DNA of 64,000 bases, from the NCBI RefSeq assembly GCF_041956535.1, contig NW_027192227.1, forward strand, positions 63,968 through 127,967, in the 5' to 3' direction. The DNA is from Calcarisporiella thermophila CBS 279.70 (Eukaryota; Fungi; Calcarisporiellomycota). Below, piece by piece: positions 52,297 to 63,915 of this stretch (its first letter is position 1; the number at the start of each line of letters is the position of its first letter). Made by a program: the position numbers and the translations under genes. The notes under the pieces were generated by a model. It saw only the letters and a program-made list of their open reading frames with translations, searched no databases and was not told the DNA's origin.

Positions 52297-52936
52297 AATA
52301 GTTCGTGTCACCTGTCATTGCTACTACTATATGTGCTGTTTTTCGCCCCCTGTTATGCACTCCCAATTTGATGGTTTGGAGGTAGATAATATGAAATATT
52401 ATAATTGATGACCAGTGCTTTATCGACTATATAATAATGACAAAAATACCTCACTCCACTAAATCCATAGGACCAATAGGTGCTCGTATATCAAAAGATA
52501 TCAAAGTCTCAAAGGTTAGATTAGTAGGGTGCTTTCATATATCAAACTCAGAATACATCTTATTAGGAATATTTCACATAAAGACAGTATACTGTAGAAT
52601 CTTACTTCATGTCATGTGATATATTGGTGAGTTGTTCCGCTACACAAAGGGAGATATCCAAGAATCGTTTGTTGCGGTATGTTCCTTTAAACCAATTAGC
52701 AATACTTACAAATTTTACCATAATCACGTCAGGGTAGCCAGCTTGGACTTGTGAGTGCTTTTCAACATTACTTGAAAAACTATAGCAAATTAGTATAGTT
52801 TATTCTTGAACCTATCAAGCCTTAAATTAGAGTGATTAACTCTCGATTCTCGATTTCCATATCAATGACCCCCAGTAGATAAGGAAGTGAATACAGATAT
52901 CCTTGATCCCCACATTTCAAGACCAACATTTCAGCC

Positions 52937-54675
52937 ATGTATACCCATCAATTAATAGCTGCACCATTGGATTCCGTATGCACCACTTCTGCGAACGATT
53001 CTGTAGATGAAACTGATAACCATCTGCAAGAGAATGCTAATCTTCGTGAATTACTCTCAACTTCAGATACTTTACACTTCCATTTCAATCTGAATTCATA
53101 TACTGATCTACATCATCTTCTAAGCGCAAAATATCTTTTTGATGGCGTCTTACTACCGGAATGCCTTCTTCGCCCTCATGCATATACATATACAACTAAC
53201 AGAGAGCAGACAGGTTATTGCTCTTACTTCAAACTCCCTTCTTTTCCGAGGCCAATCGAAGACAATATCATAAGATGGCCGACAAGATCTAACATTGCCA
53301 AAAAGAAGCTGCTCATTGATCAGCTTTTTCATGTCTATTTGAGTGCTTGTTGTGTAGATTCAATTCATCCAGACCGTAAAGCTTTCCTTGAGAGCTACTA
53401 TTGCTGCGAACTTGTGCCAGCTCTCGTCCACACCGCTGTCGCGAGAGCAGCTATCCATATATTTCTCAAATATCCAGAGTCATCACTTATGTGTAAGCTT
53501 CGTACGTGTGTAGGGAGCCTGATTGCAGAAGCAAAGCAATCATTGTCGGAGGTGTTTGATACTCCATCTCCACAGATTGTGCTTGCTTATTCAAATATGG
53601 ATACATGCCNNNNNNNNNNNNNNNNNNNNNNNNNNNNNNNNNNNNNNNNNNNNNNNNNNNNNNNNNNNNNNNNNNNNNNNNNNNNNNNNNNNNNNNNNNN
53701 NNNNNNNNNNNNNNNNNNNNNNNNNNNNNNNNNNNNNNNNNNNNNNNNNNNNNNNNNNNNNNNNNNNNNNNNNNNNNNNNNNNNNNNNNNNNNNNNNNNN
53801 NNNNNNNNNNNNNNNNNNNNNNNNNNNNNNNNNNNNNNNNNNNNNNNNNNNNNNNNNNNNNNNNNNNNNNNNNNNNNNNNNNNNNNNNNNNNNNNNNNNN
53901 NNNNNNNNNNNNNNNNNNNNNNNNNNNNNNNNNNNNNNNNNNNNNCTGATAGTTCAAATTTTCAAGTTATCTAACTAGATATTTAAGATACATATCCTAA
54001 TGACGATTATCACGTATTCTAAGCTCATGGAGTTACAAAACATTGATTGGACACTTCCCGATGTTGTAATTGTGCAAAAACTGGCTGGCCTTGCAGCCTA
54101 TTTGCAAAATGAGCAAACCGAATTAAATCAATATTGTTGTGAAGGCAAGCTGCGAAAGATGTACCCCCCTATATTTAATACCGATTTTTGGTCATTTTGG
54201 TGTTCTCTTTGGCGACAATTTATCAAATCGGATGCACCTACCGGGAGACTGGAAACGAATTTGATGCAGCAATTGCGTGAGAAAGCATTCGACGAGTATG
54301 TCAAGGTAAAAGTATTTTTGGATTTATGCATACTCACTGGTTAGTGCTATACTTTCTCTACTCTCCACTAAGCAGAGTTTGATCTATCGCATAAGGTTCT
54401 TTGAATGGGCAATTGGTTCCCGAACCAAATGCAAACTGAGATTTGATGTAGCGATGCAGTTTGTTTGCGAAGATGTTAAATTTATCTCTCAAACACATCC
54501 CAGTGTTCAAATACGGCGCAAGCTATTCTTGGAGCTTATGAAATTATTAAATATATTGCATTCTCCGGAACCCAGAGGAATCTTGACGCAAATACTCATA
54601 CGTCAATTTATGGATGTATTAGAGGAGTTGAAACCAACCGTATTTTCAAAGGAGGTATTGGAACGAGCAGTCTAA
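52937..54675 (+). CDS. Zn-cluster-less MHR protein, copy 9 (gap covers the end of exon 1 and exon 2)
   Basis: Paralog with open frames on both sides of the N gap at 53610-53945. Confidence 0.78.
53610..53945. other. Assembly gap
   Basis: Run of N. Confidence 1.
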
Positions 54676-55089
54676 TGTTGGTAGAACAATATCAGAAATT
54701 AGAAAATGGTATATTGGAGTGTTTGGATTTTACTGTATTTTTATTGCTTCGTTTGAAACGGCGAAAAATATTGTGTTATACAGAATAGATTACTGGAACA
54801 CTGTACCTTCAATAAATCTCTGATATTCAAAAGTTTATGATGGATAGGCTTGAAGATTTTATTTTATATAACGTCCGTCAAAAGCTATCATGCTATTAGG
54901 GTTATTCACCTCTGATTGTTTTGATACTCGATTATTGTGATTAAAAATAATCCTACCAATCACGTATAGATAGTTCCTTACTCCTTTATCGGGTCGTTCA
55001 AGTTTAATTTTTTCGCTTTTTTGCAGTTTGATTTTCACATTCAATGTATAATATCCAAATCATATATTTTTATGCTTTAATCAACATTC

Positions 55090-56265
55090 ATGCCTGCACT
55101 CTCTGAAAGCGAACTATTAGAAATTTATATTTATTTGATTTTATATTTACTTGAAGATCTGGAAGATGACGATCTTAAATTTAACACTTTAATTATACTC
55201 TACACACTTTACAACACTCAATATTTGCGCCCAGGGATATTGGATCTTAAATCCTCTCATTTTCGTGACAACGTTTTGTTTCGCCTGGATGATGGACGAT
55301 TTCGAAAACAATTTCGCATGTGCAAACAAGCATTTAATGCTTTGGTGCTAATACTTGAGCAAGATCCACTGCTTCACACATCCGGCCCTAATCAACAATT
55401 GCCGACATGGGTACAACTACATATATTTCTTCGTCACCTTTCCAATGGGGACGATGTATTTGATTTGGTTTCAAAATTTTCGATTTCAGAAGGGAAAATC
55501 CTAAAGATCGTGAAGCGAATCACCCTTGCGATCCAGCGCCTTCATTCTAAATACATTACTTGGCCTAATATAAGGAGAAAAGATGAAATTAAGAGCAAGT
55601 TCCTCGAGATGACCGGCTTTCCTTCTGTAGTAGGCGTGGTAGATGGCACGCATTTTCGTCTAAATCACGCACCCAACAAGGATCCTGAGACTTATTGGAC
55701 ACGAAAGAAAGAGTATGCGATTCACGCACAACTTATAGTAGATTCCGATTTTCGGTTTATCCACTTCGAAATTGGTTGGCCAGGGTCCGTCCATGATGCT
55801 AGAGTATATATGAACTCACAATTTTATCGGCGCCGTGAAGAGCTACTGCATCCACCCGAATATATTATCGGCGACTCGGCCTATCCTCTTTCACCTTTTT
55901 GCATCACACCTTTTCAAACTCCTCGGTGCCGTCAAGAGATAACGTTCAACACGATATTGTCAAGAAAAGTACGAAATATTGTTGAAAGGACCATCAACCG
56001 TCTTAAAAAGCGTTTCCCAGCTTTCAATTCTTTGCGACTTAGGGAAATGGAGACTAATGTTAGACTGATATCTTGTGGGATTATCTTGCACAATTTCATT
56101 GTATCATTTGGAGATGAATGGGAAGATGATAGAGTGGGTATAACGGAGGATTCAATTAACGGGGAATCGAATATTTCGGAATATGACAGAATTGAGCGTA
56201 TTTTGGGCAAAGAAAAGCGAGATGCCTTATTGACTGAGGTGCTCTCGAGAAATGGGTGCGCTTAA
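55090..56265 (+). CDS. PIF/Harbinger (DDE_Tnp_4, HARBI1-like) transposase, intact 391 aa
   Basis: FRM...F..L, VVGVVDGTH, GWPGSVHDARV, IIGDSAYPL, RNIVERTINRLKKRF, C.ILHNF. Confidence 0.92.
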   Translation: MPALSESELLEIYIYLILYLLEDLEDDDLKFNTLIILYTLYNTQYLRPGILDLKSSHFRDNVLFRLDDGRFRKQFRMCKQAFNALVLILEQDPLLHTSGPNQQLPTWVQLHIFLRHLSNGDDVFDLVSKFSISEGKILKIVKRITLAIQRLHSKYITWPNIRRKDEIKSKFLEMTGFPSVVGVVDGTHFRLNHAPNKDPETYWTRKKEYAIHAQLIVDSDFRFIHFEIGWPGSVHDARVYMNSQFYRRREELLHPPEYIIGDSAYPLSPFCITPFQTPRCRQEITFNTILSRKVRNIVERTINRLKKRFPAFNSLRLREMETNVRLISCGIILHNFIVSFGDEWEDDRVGITEDSINGESNISEYDRIERILGKEKRDALLTEVLSRNGCA

Positions 56266-56335
56266 TGACACGAATAACTTTTGAATTGATTTTGGATCTT
56301 TATCTATTTCAGCCCAAATGCAGGAAAAAAGATTT

Positions 56336-56640
56336 TTAGCTGTCATTTTTTTGCAATGATACTCCCTTTAGTATCTGCACTTCAAATTCGTACATCCCGT
56401 CCCTTGCTTTGATCTCTTCTAACATTAATCTCTCTATCTCCAGCTTTTGTAGCTGGATCTTACGATTATTGTCAAATTCATCTTTGCCTAAGCGTGGCTC
56501 TTCTTCCCTTGTTTCATGAACTAAACGGTATTGATTCTCAATACTATTTATCTCTTCGTCTTCCTTCTGTCGCGTTGAATCCCTTTGTTCAGCCAAAACC
56601 TTTACTAGCTCCATAAGCGAATCGCCAAATTCCCTGATGT
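56336..56640 (-). pseudogene. Probable C-terminal coiled-coil remnant of the Harbinger accessory (Myb/SANT-type) ORF
   Basis: Convergent with the transposase as in PIF/Harbinger elements; E/K/R-rich helix (KIQLQKLEIERLMLEEIK). No Myb domain is visible. Confidence 0.5.
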
Positions 56641-56644
56641 ACAC

Positions 56645-57600
56645 CTGCGGCTTGATTTGGTATTTGAAGGGCTGTTTCAATCGCCATTAGACATTGATAG
56701 AGATGCCAAGTGTTAACCTAACTATTTTAGGGTTTCGGGTTGTGCTAGAAGTAAAACTACATAGAAAAGAATTTTATTAAGAATAAAATAAGAGTGTAAT
56801 AGAGCAGAGATGCCAATATTTACATAATACGGGCTGAATATTCACCTGTATCTAATACTTTTGGCTTGCACATTTCATTGCATCTCCATTTACAATTATC
56901 AATAAGATAATTCACATTCTTGGCAGATGACAATATAGTGGAGCCTAGTATATTGTCAAGGATGAAAACGTAGCATCGATTGGGAACATATACTCTGCAG
57001 GTCTTTAAGGCAGCGAGGATCCTGATGACCTTCTAAATGGATCGTGTTATGACTATTCTAACTTTTAATCCATAAATAATCTCTTGTCGCCGCTAAAAAT
57101 GCGCAAGCATATTGGCCCCTGCATCCAGGTCCATGATTGATTTTGTCACCTCCTTCAATTGCGATGCTGTCAGGTGACAGCTGAACTTGCGCTTCAAATC
57201 CGTAGTGAAGACATACATAGCAATTGAGCTCAGAAGATATAAAGTATAAAGTATAGGATACCTGGTAGCATCGTAATCCTTTTCATCATTCCCAACATAA
57301 CGCAAGTATTGATGACATCATCGCATCGAATATATTGTCGCAGAACAATATTCCAAAAGGTTTGCAAAAAATTTAACACCATCACATTAAAACTCTTACA
57401 ACAAGTCAGAATTTGATCAAACTGAAATTCAAGCTTGAGTTCCAGTTTTTTTTTGCCCGATCATTCTGTTTAGGTCGGTCAAGTTCATCATTAAAACTCC
57501 ATGTATGCCATTCCTCCAAATGTTGACTCTTTCGATGGTGGAAACTCAAAACTCTCAGGTTCACATATTTAGCCCAAGGTCGGAGCTTCAACTGCTAGAA
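56645..57600 (-). pseudogene. Degraded NRPS fragment (condensation-adenylation junction, A-domain motifs A1-A3) with a spliceosomal intron
   Basis: Across frameshifts: CLHYGFEAQVQLSPDSIAIEGGDK..DLDAGANMLAHF (A1 region), IVITRS..VIRILAALKTCRVYVP(ID) (A2), ARII|FTSSTTRNPKIV (A3, split by a GT..AG intron at ~56757-56823). Confidence 0.8.
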
Positions 57601-58560
57601 GTGAATAGAATAGAATAGAAATCTTATCCTAATCCCAACTCGAACACGTGTTATAATAGGGTATACAATTGAGAGGTCTAACACTGCTATATGCTCTAAT
57701 TAAAGCAATCTTGGTGATTGTAAAAGTTATTATCCGCATTTAGATAACTTTAGACATAAATTATACCAATTATCTTGCTAATACATGTAAAGCTACACAA
57801 TACCTCGGAGCTCCAACAGGTACATTGGGACCAAATTGTAATCCTTGCCGGGATTATTGGAACAACCCTCGCAATTCTAACCAGATGGGTCGAATAAGAA
57901 TATTAGGAGGTCATAGGAATAAAGGTTACATGAGTACGAAGTCGACGAGAGCTAGATGGATAGGCGACCCAAATTTACCACTCTTAATTATGCGATTTCT
58001 GTCATCGTGCCATGTGAATAAGCTTAACTAAGCGAAAAAAAAATAAAAGGCTTAAATCGACAACTTTAATCACCAGCCTGAGAACGGTTGCTTTTACAAT
58101 TCCACGAATAAAATTCATTTAGCCAAAATTATTCATTTCACCGTACAAACCATTTTAAGCTCTAAGATGAAATTGAAAAGTCTCCTACAAAGGTACATTA
58201 TATCTGCAAATATAATCAACAACAGGTTTTATACAAGAAAAGTTTGAGCAGTAAAAACAGTAGCTATACATATTCCATTTGTATTACAATAGTGATGGCT
58301 ACGCTTGATGGGAATATAGGTTGTAATACAGCTCTTTTATAACAAAAAAAAATACTAATGATAACCTTAGATTCGCTAACATGATTTGTGCTAGGTTACA
58401 TGTTAACTTAGAAGTGGGCTTTTGAGGTTTATACTCCAGAGTATAAAATGGGCTTGATTGAAGGTTATATGCGTAGGTGAAATTTTCCTGAATGTTTTTT
58501 TGTTACTATATTGTATTAAATAATTCAATCCAAAACTAAAAGCACCTAGTTTTCTCATCT

Positions 58561-61500
58561 ATGGAGCTCTCCACATTGAATGGTCCTAGCGATACCAAAT
58601 CTATCCGATTGCCGAAAAGAAAAAAAATACTGAAAAATCCATTCCTTAAGCAGTCAAACCAAAGCAAGAATGACGAAGTTTCCAAGATATCCTATTTACA
58701 GCTCTATCGATATGCGAGTAAGTTTGATATGTTTTTGATTTTGTAAGTGTTTACTTAGGATATGATCGATTCCATGCTCTTATTAAACATTTCTTACAGC
58801 CTCGGGATAGTATCTAGTATTACGGCAGGCATTTCAAAATCGTTTGTTATTGTGTTTCTATGGAAAGCAGTTGCTATCATCAGATCGATAGATGCTCTAA
58901 ATTCTGACAACCAGGATATGAATGATGCCATTATACCACTTTTAGGATTAGTTATTTCAGTCATACTTTCATCTTATTTATTAAATTGTTTTTGGTCTCT
59001 TGTGGGTGAGAACCAGACAAAGGTAAATGAAATATCCAATTTTCTATGGCATATATCTTATATCCAGTCTGTAAAATTGGATAGCGCATCCGCGAACTTT
59101 ACTTCCATTCGATTCTCCACCAAGATCAGAGCTGGTTTGATCTAAACCAGTCGGAGTCACTCAACACTCGCCTTTCATCAGACACTGTGCTTATCCAAGA
59201 GGGTCTTTCAGAAAAAGTTGGGTTCATCATTATGGACACATCGTATGCGATTTGTAATTTTACGCTTGCGTTTTATTTTGGATGGAGGCTGTCGGTTGTT
59301 TTGCTCGTGATTGTGCCAATGTTTGGATTTTCAGGCTATGCATTTGGACATGTATTAAGGAATCAGACACAAAAAGTGCAGAAGGCTTATTCGAATGCTG
59401 GGATGCTAGTAGAGCAATGCATTTCTGGAATTCGCACAATTGCCTCCTTTTCCATGCAGCAGCAATTTATCGATCACTTCAGTGCATTTCTCAATATTGC
59501 CTATCAAGCTGGCGTACGTAAAGCTACGAGAGCAGGTATGTAAATCAACAGATATGCTTTATTTGAGAAGGACTATATTAATATTGAAATTGAATTGAAG
59601 GAATCTTTATGGGACTGTTTGAGCTTATTGATTTTAGCGCCTATAGTTTTGCTTTTTGGTATGGGGCACACTTAATTTCTCAAGGAGTTACAACTAGAAC
59701 GGTGGCATTACAAGCATTTTTTTTAATAGCTTCAGGATCGGCGGTAATTGGGTAATTTCTTTCTCTTCTTTACAAATACAATCACGAGAACTATATTCAT
59801 TCAAACATGGATAGTCAAATAGCACCCAATTACAAAGCGCTTGTGGAAGCTCAGGTAGCAGCGTATAAAATATTTGCAGTCATTGATCATAAGCCAGCTA
59901 TCACATCAAGTATTAAGCCCCAGAGCAAAAGTATCAAACATAGCACTTGCCAAGGCGAGATCACGTTTTGTAACGTTCATTTCAGCTATCCCTCTCGCCC
60001 AGGTATCTCAGCGCTGTCAGGAATCGAACTCAGTATTCCTAGTGGCAGAACCGTCGCACTCGTTGGTGCCTCTGGAGGAGGGAAATCAACCATTACACAT
60101 TTGATACAGCGTTTTTATGATCCAACCTCAGGCAATATTCTGCTGGACGGAGTAGATTTGCGTGAGCTTGATGTAACCTGGTTGAGAAGGCAAATAGGAG
60201 TAGTTGGACAGGAGCCAGTTCTATTCGATGACACTATTCGCAACAACATCGCTCTTGGTGTACCTAATTACAACCCGACACAAAAGGAGATCGAGGAGGC
60301 ATGTATCATGGCAAATTGTCACGATTTCATTAGCAGCCTGCCTCATGGATATGACACAAGGGTCGGTGAACTGGGCTCTCAACTATCCGGAGGCCAAAAG
60401 CAGCGCATTGCACTGGCGAGAGCCTTAATTCGTAATCCAGCAATCCTGCTGTTAGATGAGGCGACTTCTGCACTGGATACTGCATCCGAAAAGCTGGTGC
60501 AAGAAGCACTGAAATCTGCATCCAAAAATCGAACGACTCTAATCATTGCACATCGACTCTCTACGGTTCGTGAGGCCGACTGGATTGTGGTGGTAGAGAA
60601 TGGAAAGATAGTTGAGCAAGGCACACATGCACAATTAATTGCGAATGAGGGTACTTATATGGCATACGTGCGGAAGCAACAGCTCAAAGATGAAAGGGAC
60701 AACAAAGATGAGAGCTGCATTGAATCCTCCTATAATATGGAGAGTAAAGTAGAGTGGGATAGCAAACCGAGCGTAATACATGATTTGAAGCATAACAATA
60801 AATTGGCCGAAACAATCGGGGGAGATGTCATAGTAGAAAAACGACCAATATATAGGACAATGCGAATGATGTCCCCTGAATGGAAGTTGATTGGGTTAGC
60901 CATAATTGGTGGTCTTGTTATTGGATCTGTGAGTAGCTTTTGTGCTTTTTTTTACTTTTATATATCAACTAACCAATTATTTTTTCCAGGTCTATCCTAT
61001 TCACGGTCTATTCATTGGTCGTATAGTTGACGTTTTCGGACTACCCGCTGATCAAGTGGAAGAAGCTACCAGATTTTGGTCTCTCCTATATGGTAAACAC
61101 CTCGAATTTTAATCAATCACTATCAGTCTCTAAAATATCACCCTATTTTGTAATATAGTCGCGTTGGCTATCATTAGCTTCATTGCATCTCTTCTAAGAG
61201 ACGGGGTGACTCTTTTTTGTGGTGAACGCTTCGTTCGGCGATTGCGAGCGCAAACGTTCCGCAATCTCTTACGTCAAGAAATAGCCTTTTTCGACCACCC
61301 TGAACACACTACAAGTACCCTTACTTACAGATTAGCTAAAGACGCTACGGAGATATCAGAATTGCCAAAATTGGTCATTGTTGATGGAGGAAGTGCTATT
61401 TCGGCACTATTTTTTGGGTTACTCATAGCCTTTAGTTATGGGTGGAAATTAACATTGACGCTGCTACCGGCAATGCCCCTTATTATAGGCTCGTTGCTTT

Positions 61501-62953
61501 TCCGCCTTAAGTCACTAAATGGGTAACAATGTTGCTGCATTATTTGGAGAGGAGTTTCTAAAGTATAAATTTAGGTTCTCAGGAAAGGTGGAAAAGGAAT
61601 ACCGGCTAGCTGGAAGGATTGCCGGAGAGGCTATTCGCGAAATAAGAACCATCGCGTCACTCGCAGCTGAGAATGTTTTCGAAAAGAAGTATGCAGGTTG
61701 GTGATACTTGCGTCTAGCATTTATTTTCAGCTATGTCTGATGAATGTAATTTTATATACAGAATATTGCCAAGTACCCCATAGTTTCGCAATGAAAAAGG
61801 CTTTTATTACCTCCATTGGATATGGTTTATCTGAAGGATTATATCATCTCGCTCATATCTTGGGATTATACCTCGGAGCACGTTTCATACATTCTGGTGA
61901 AATGACCTCTCAGCAAGTTACAGTAGTGCTATTTACAGTAGTATGGTCATCTCGGGGACTTAGTCAATTCTCCAATCAGATGCCCAGGTTTGTAAAGGCT
62001 AAACAAGCTGCCATCAATTTATTTGAGTTGCTGGATAAAAAAACGACGATCGATCCAGATGCAACGGGTAGATGTGAAGCTATAGCTCCTGGAACCGCAG
62101 AATTGCAAAATACTGCTTTCTCATATCCGATGAGATCCGACACAATTATATTAAGAGATATATCGATGCTAATTCAACGATATCAAAAGATCGCCCTAGT
62201 AGGTCCGAGTGGGTGTGGAAAATCGACCATCATTTCTTTGCTTCTCCGATGGTATGATTGCGATTCGGGTGCAGTATCCGTTGATGGAATGAATGTCAAA
62301 GAATGGCAGCTGGATTCGATGCGACAAAGAATTGCCTATGTTGGTCAAGAGCCAGTGCTTTTCGATATGACGGTGAAGGAGAATATCTTACTAGGGCGGC
62401 GAAAGGACCAAGAAGTGACGCAAGAGGATATCGAAGAGGTGGCAAAGAAGGCAAATATACATGATTTCATCTGCAGTCTTCCCAATGGATATCATACACG
62501 AGTGGGTGATAAGGGAAAGCAGCTGTCAGGAGGTCAAAAGCAAAGAATCGCAATCGCAAGGGCTCTGTTGAGAAAACCCGAAATCCTATTGTTGGATGAA
62601 GCCACCAGTGCACTTGATTCAGACTCGGAGAAGCTGGTGCAAGAAGCACTAGATAGTGCCATGGTAGGGCGTACAACGCTTGTCATTGCCCATCGGTTAT
62701 CTACCGTGCAAGATTCGGATCTTATCAGTGAGTGCTTTCATATTCTCAAAGTTGAATAAGTGTCACTAATCCCTATATTATTAGTCGTAATGAAAGATGG
62801 TGAGATAAAGGAAGCAGGGTAAGATTATTTTTACTTAATTCATCCATCGCTTGCTATTGATTTGACAATGTTACAATTAACAGTGATCATACCAAATTGG
62901 TCGCGTATCCTGGGATATACCGGGAGCTAGTGAAACAACAGAAACTGAGCTAA
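58561..62953 (+). CDS. Full-size ABCB/MDR exporter, copy A5, 11 exons, apparently intact
   Basis: Same exon structure as A1; both NBDs have complete Walker A/B and LSGGQ; no lesion seen. Confidence 0.92.
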
Positions 62954-63915
62954 CAGTGATATAATAGTCTGTAATCTGCGCCCATGCTTCACGATAGTAA
63001 GGTGGTATTATTACACAATACGGGCAATTCCCAATGAATTATATAAGAAATCTTACAGATTTCTTTTGGTGGGCTTGCCATATGTCAAACTGTCGAAGAA
63101 CGATATAAACAATAAAACGAAGAATTATGTAGTTAATGATAATGATAGGAGTATATCAAGGATAAACTTATAGTAATACTTGAAACTTTTGAAAAATATC
63201 GAACCATCAGTGTTCTCACATAGAGATTTGGCTGGAATGGTTCACCTCACTACATGTTGTTATTACTATATGTATTATTATCCACCCCTTGCAGGTCACT
63301 CTAATTATATTTGGAGGGTAGTTAATATGATTTTAATAATATAAATTGAAGATTAGTTTTAAAAATAAAAAGGCGTTATGACAATTTTGCGGGTAATCCT
63401 TTTCTTGACTACACAATAATAACAAAGTTATTTCGCCCTATTAAATCCAGAGGTCGGCAAAGATAACAAGTTTTTATTTAGTAACTGATATCAAAAAAGA
63501 CTCAAAATTGTGTACTTGCTATCCTAAAGCACACAATACATCAAAAAAGAAATATAATGCCAAATAATTGTGTAGAATCTAATTTCATGTCATGTGATAT
63601 ATTAATGAGTCGCCTTGCTGCACAAAGCGTACTGTATTCTTCATGGTCCATTTGTTACAGTATGTTGCTTCTCTCCTATCAACAATACTGTATCTACAAA
63701 TTCTACTATATTCACGTCACAGCAACCAGATTAAGCTTGTACTATATTGAAATTACCTGAAAACTTATTGCAAAATGGAATGGGCTATTCGAATCTATCG
63801 GAATTTTAAATATGGTGGTAAGCTCTCGATTTCCATATCAAAGATCCACCACTGGATTTGGGAGAGAAAATAGATAATCCTGATTCATTTCATTTCAAGA
63901 GCAGCTTTTACCGCC

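Noticed and set aside
57093-57591. Minus-strand ORFs as the Myb/SANT exons of the Harbinger partner gene
   Set aside because: No Trp-repeat Myb pattern; cross-frame translation matches NRPS motifs instead.
14435-62676. Recurrent antisense ORFs (e.g. [18 protein letters not shown]..., MGRLQMKSCMFAFF..., MMNLTSSQILC...)
   Set aside because: They are shadows of the conserved ABC and MHR coding strands and recur only because the sense genes are duplicated.
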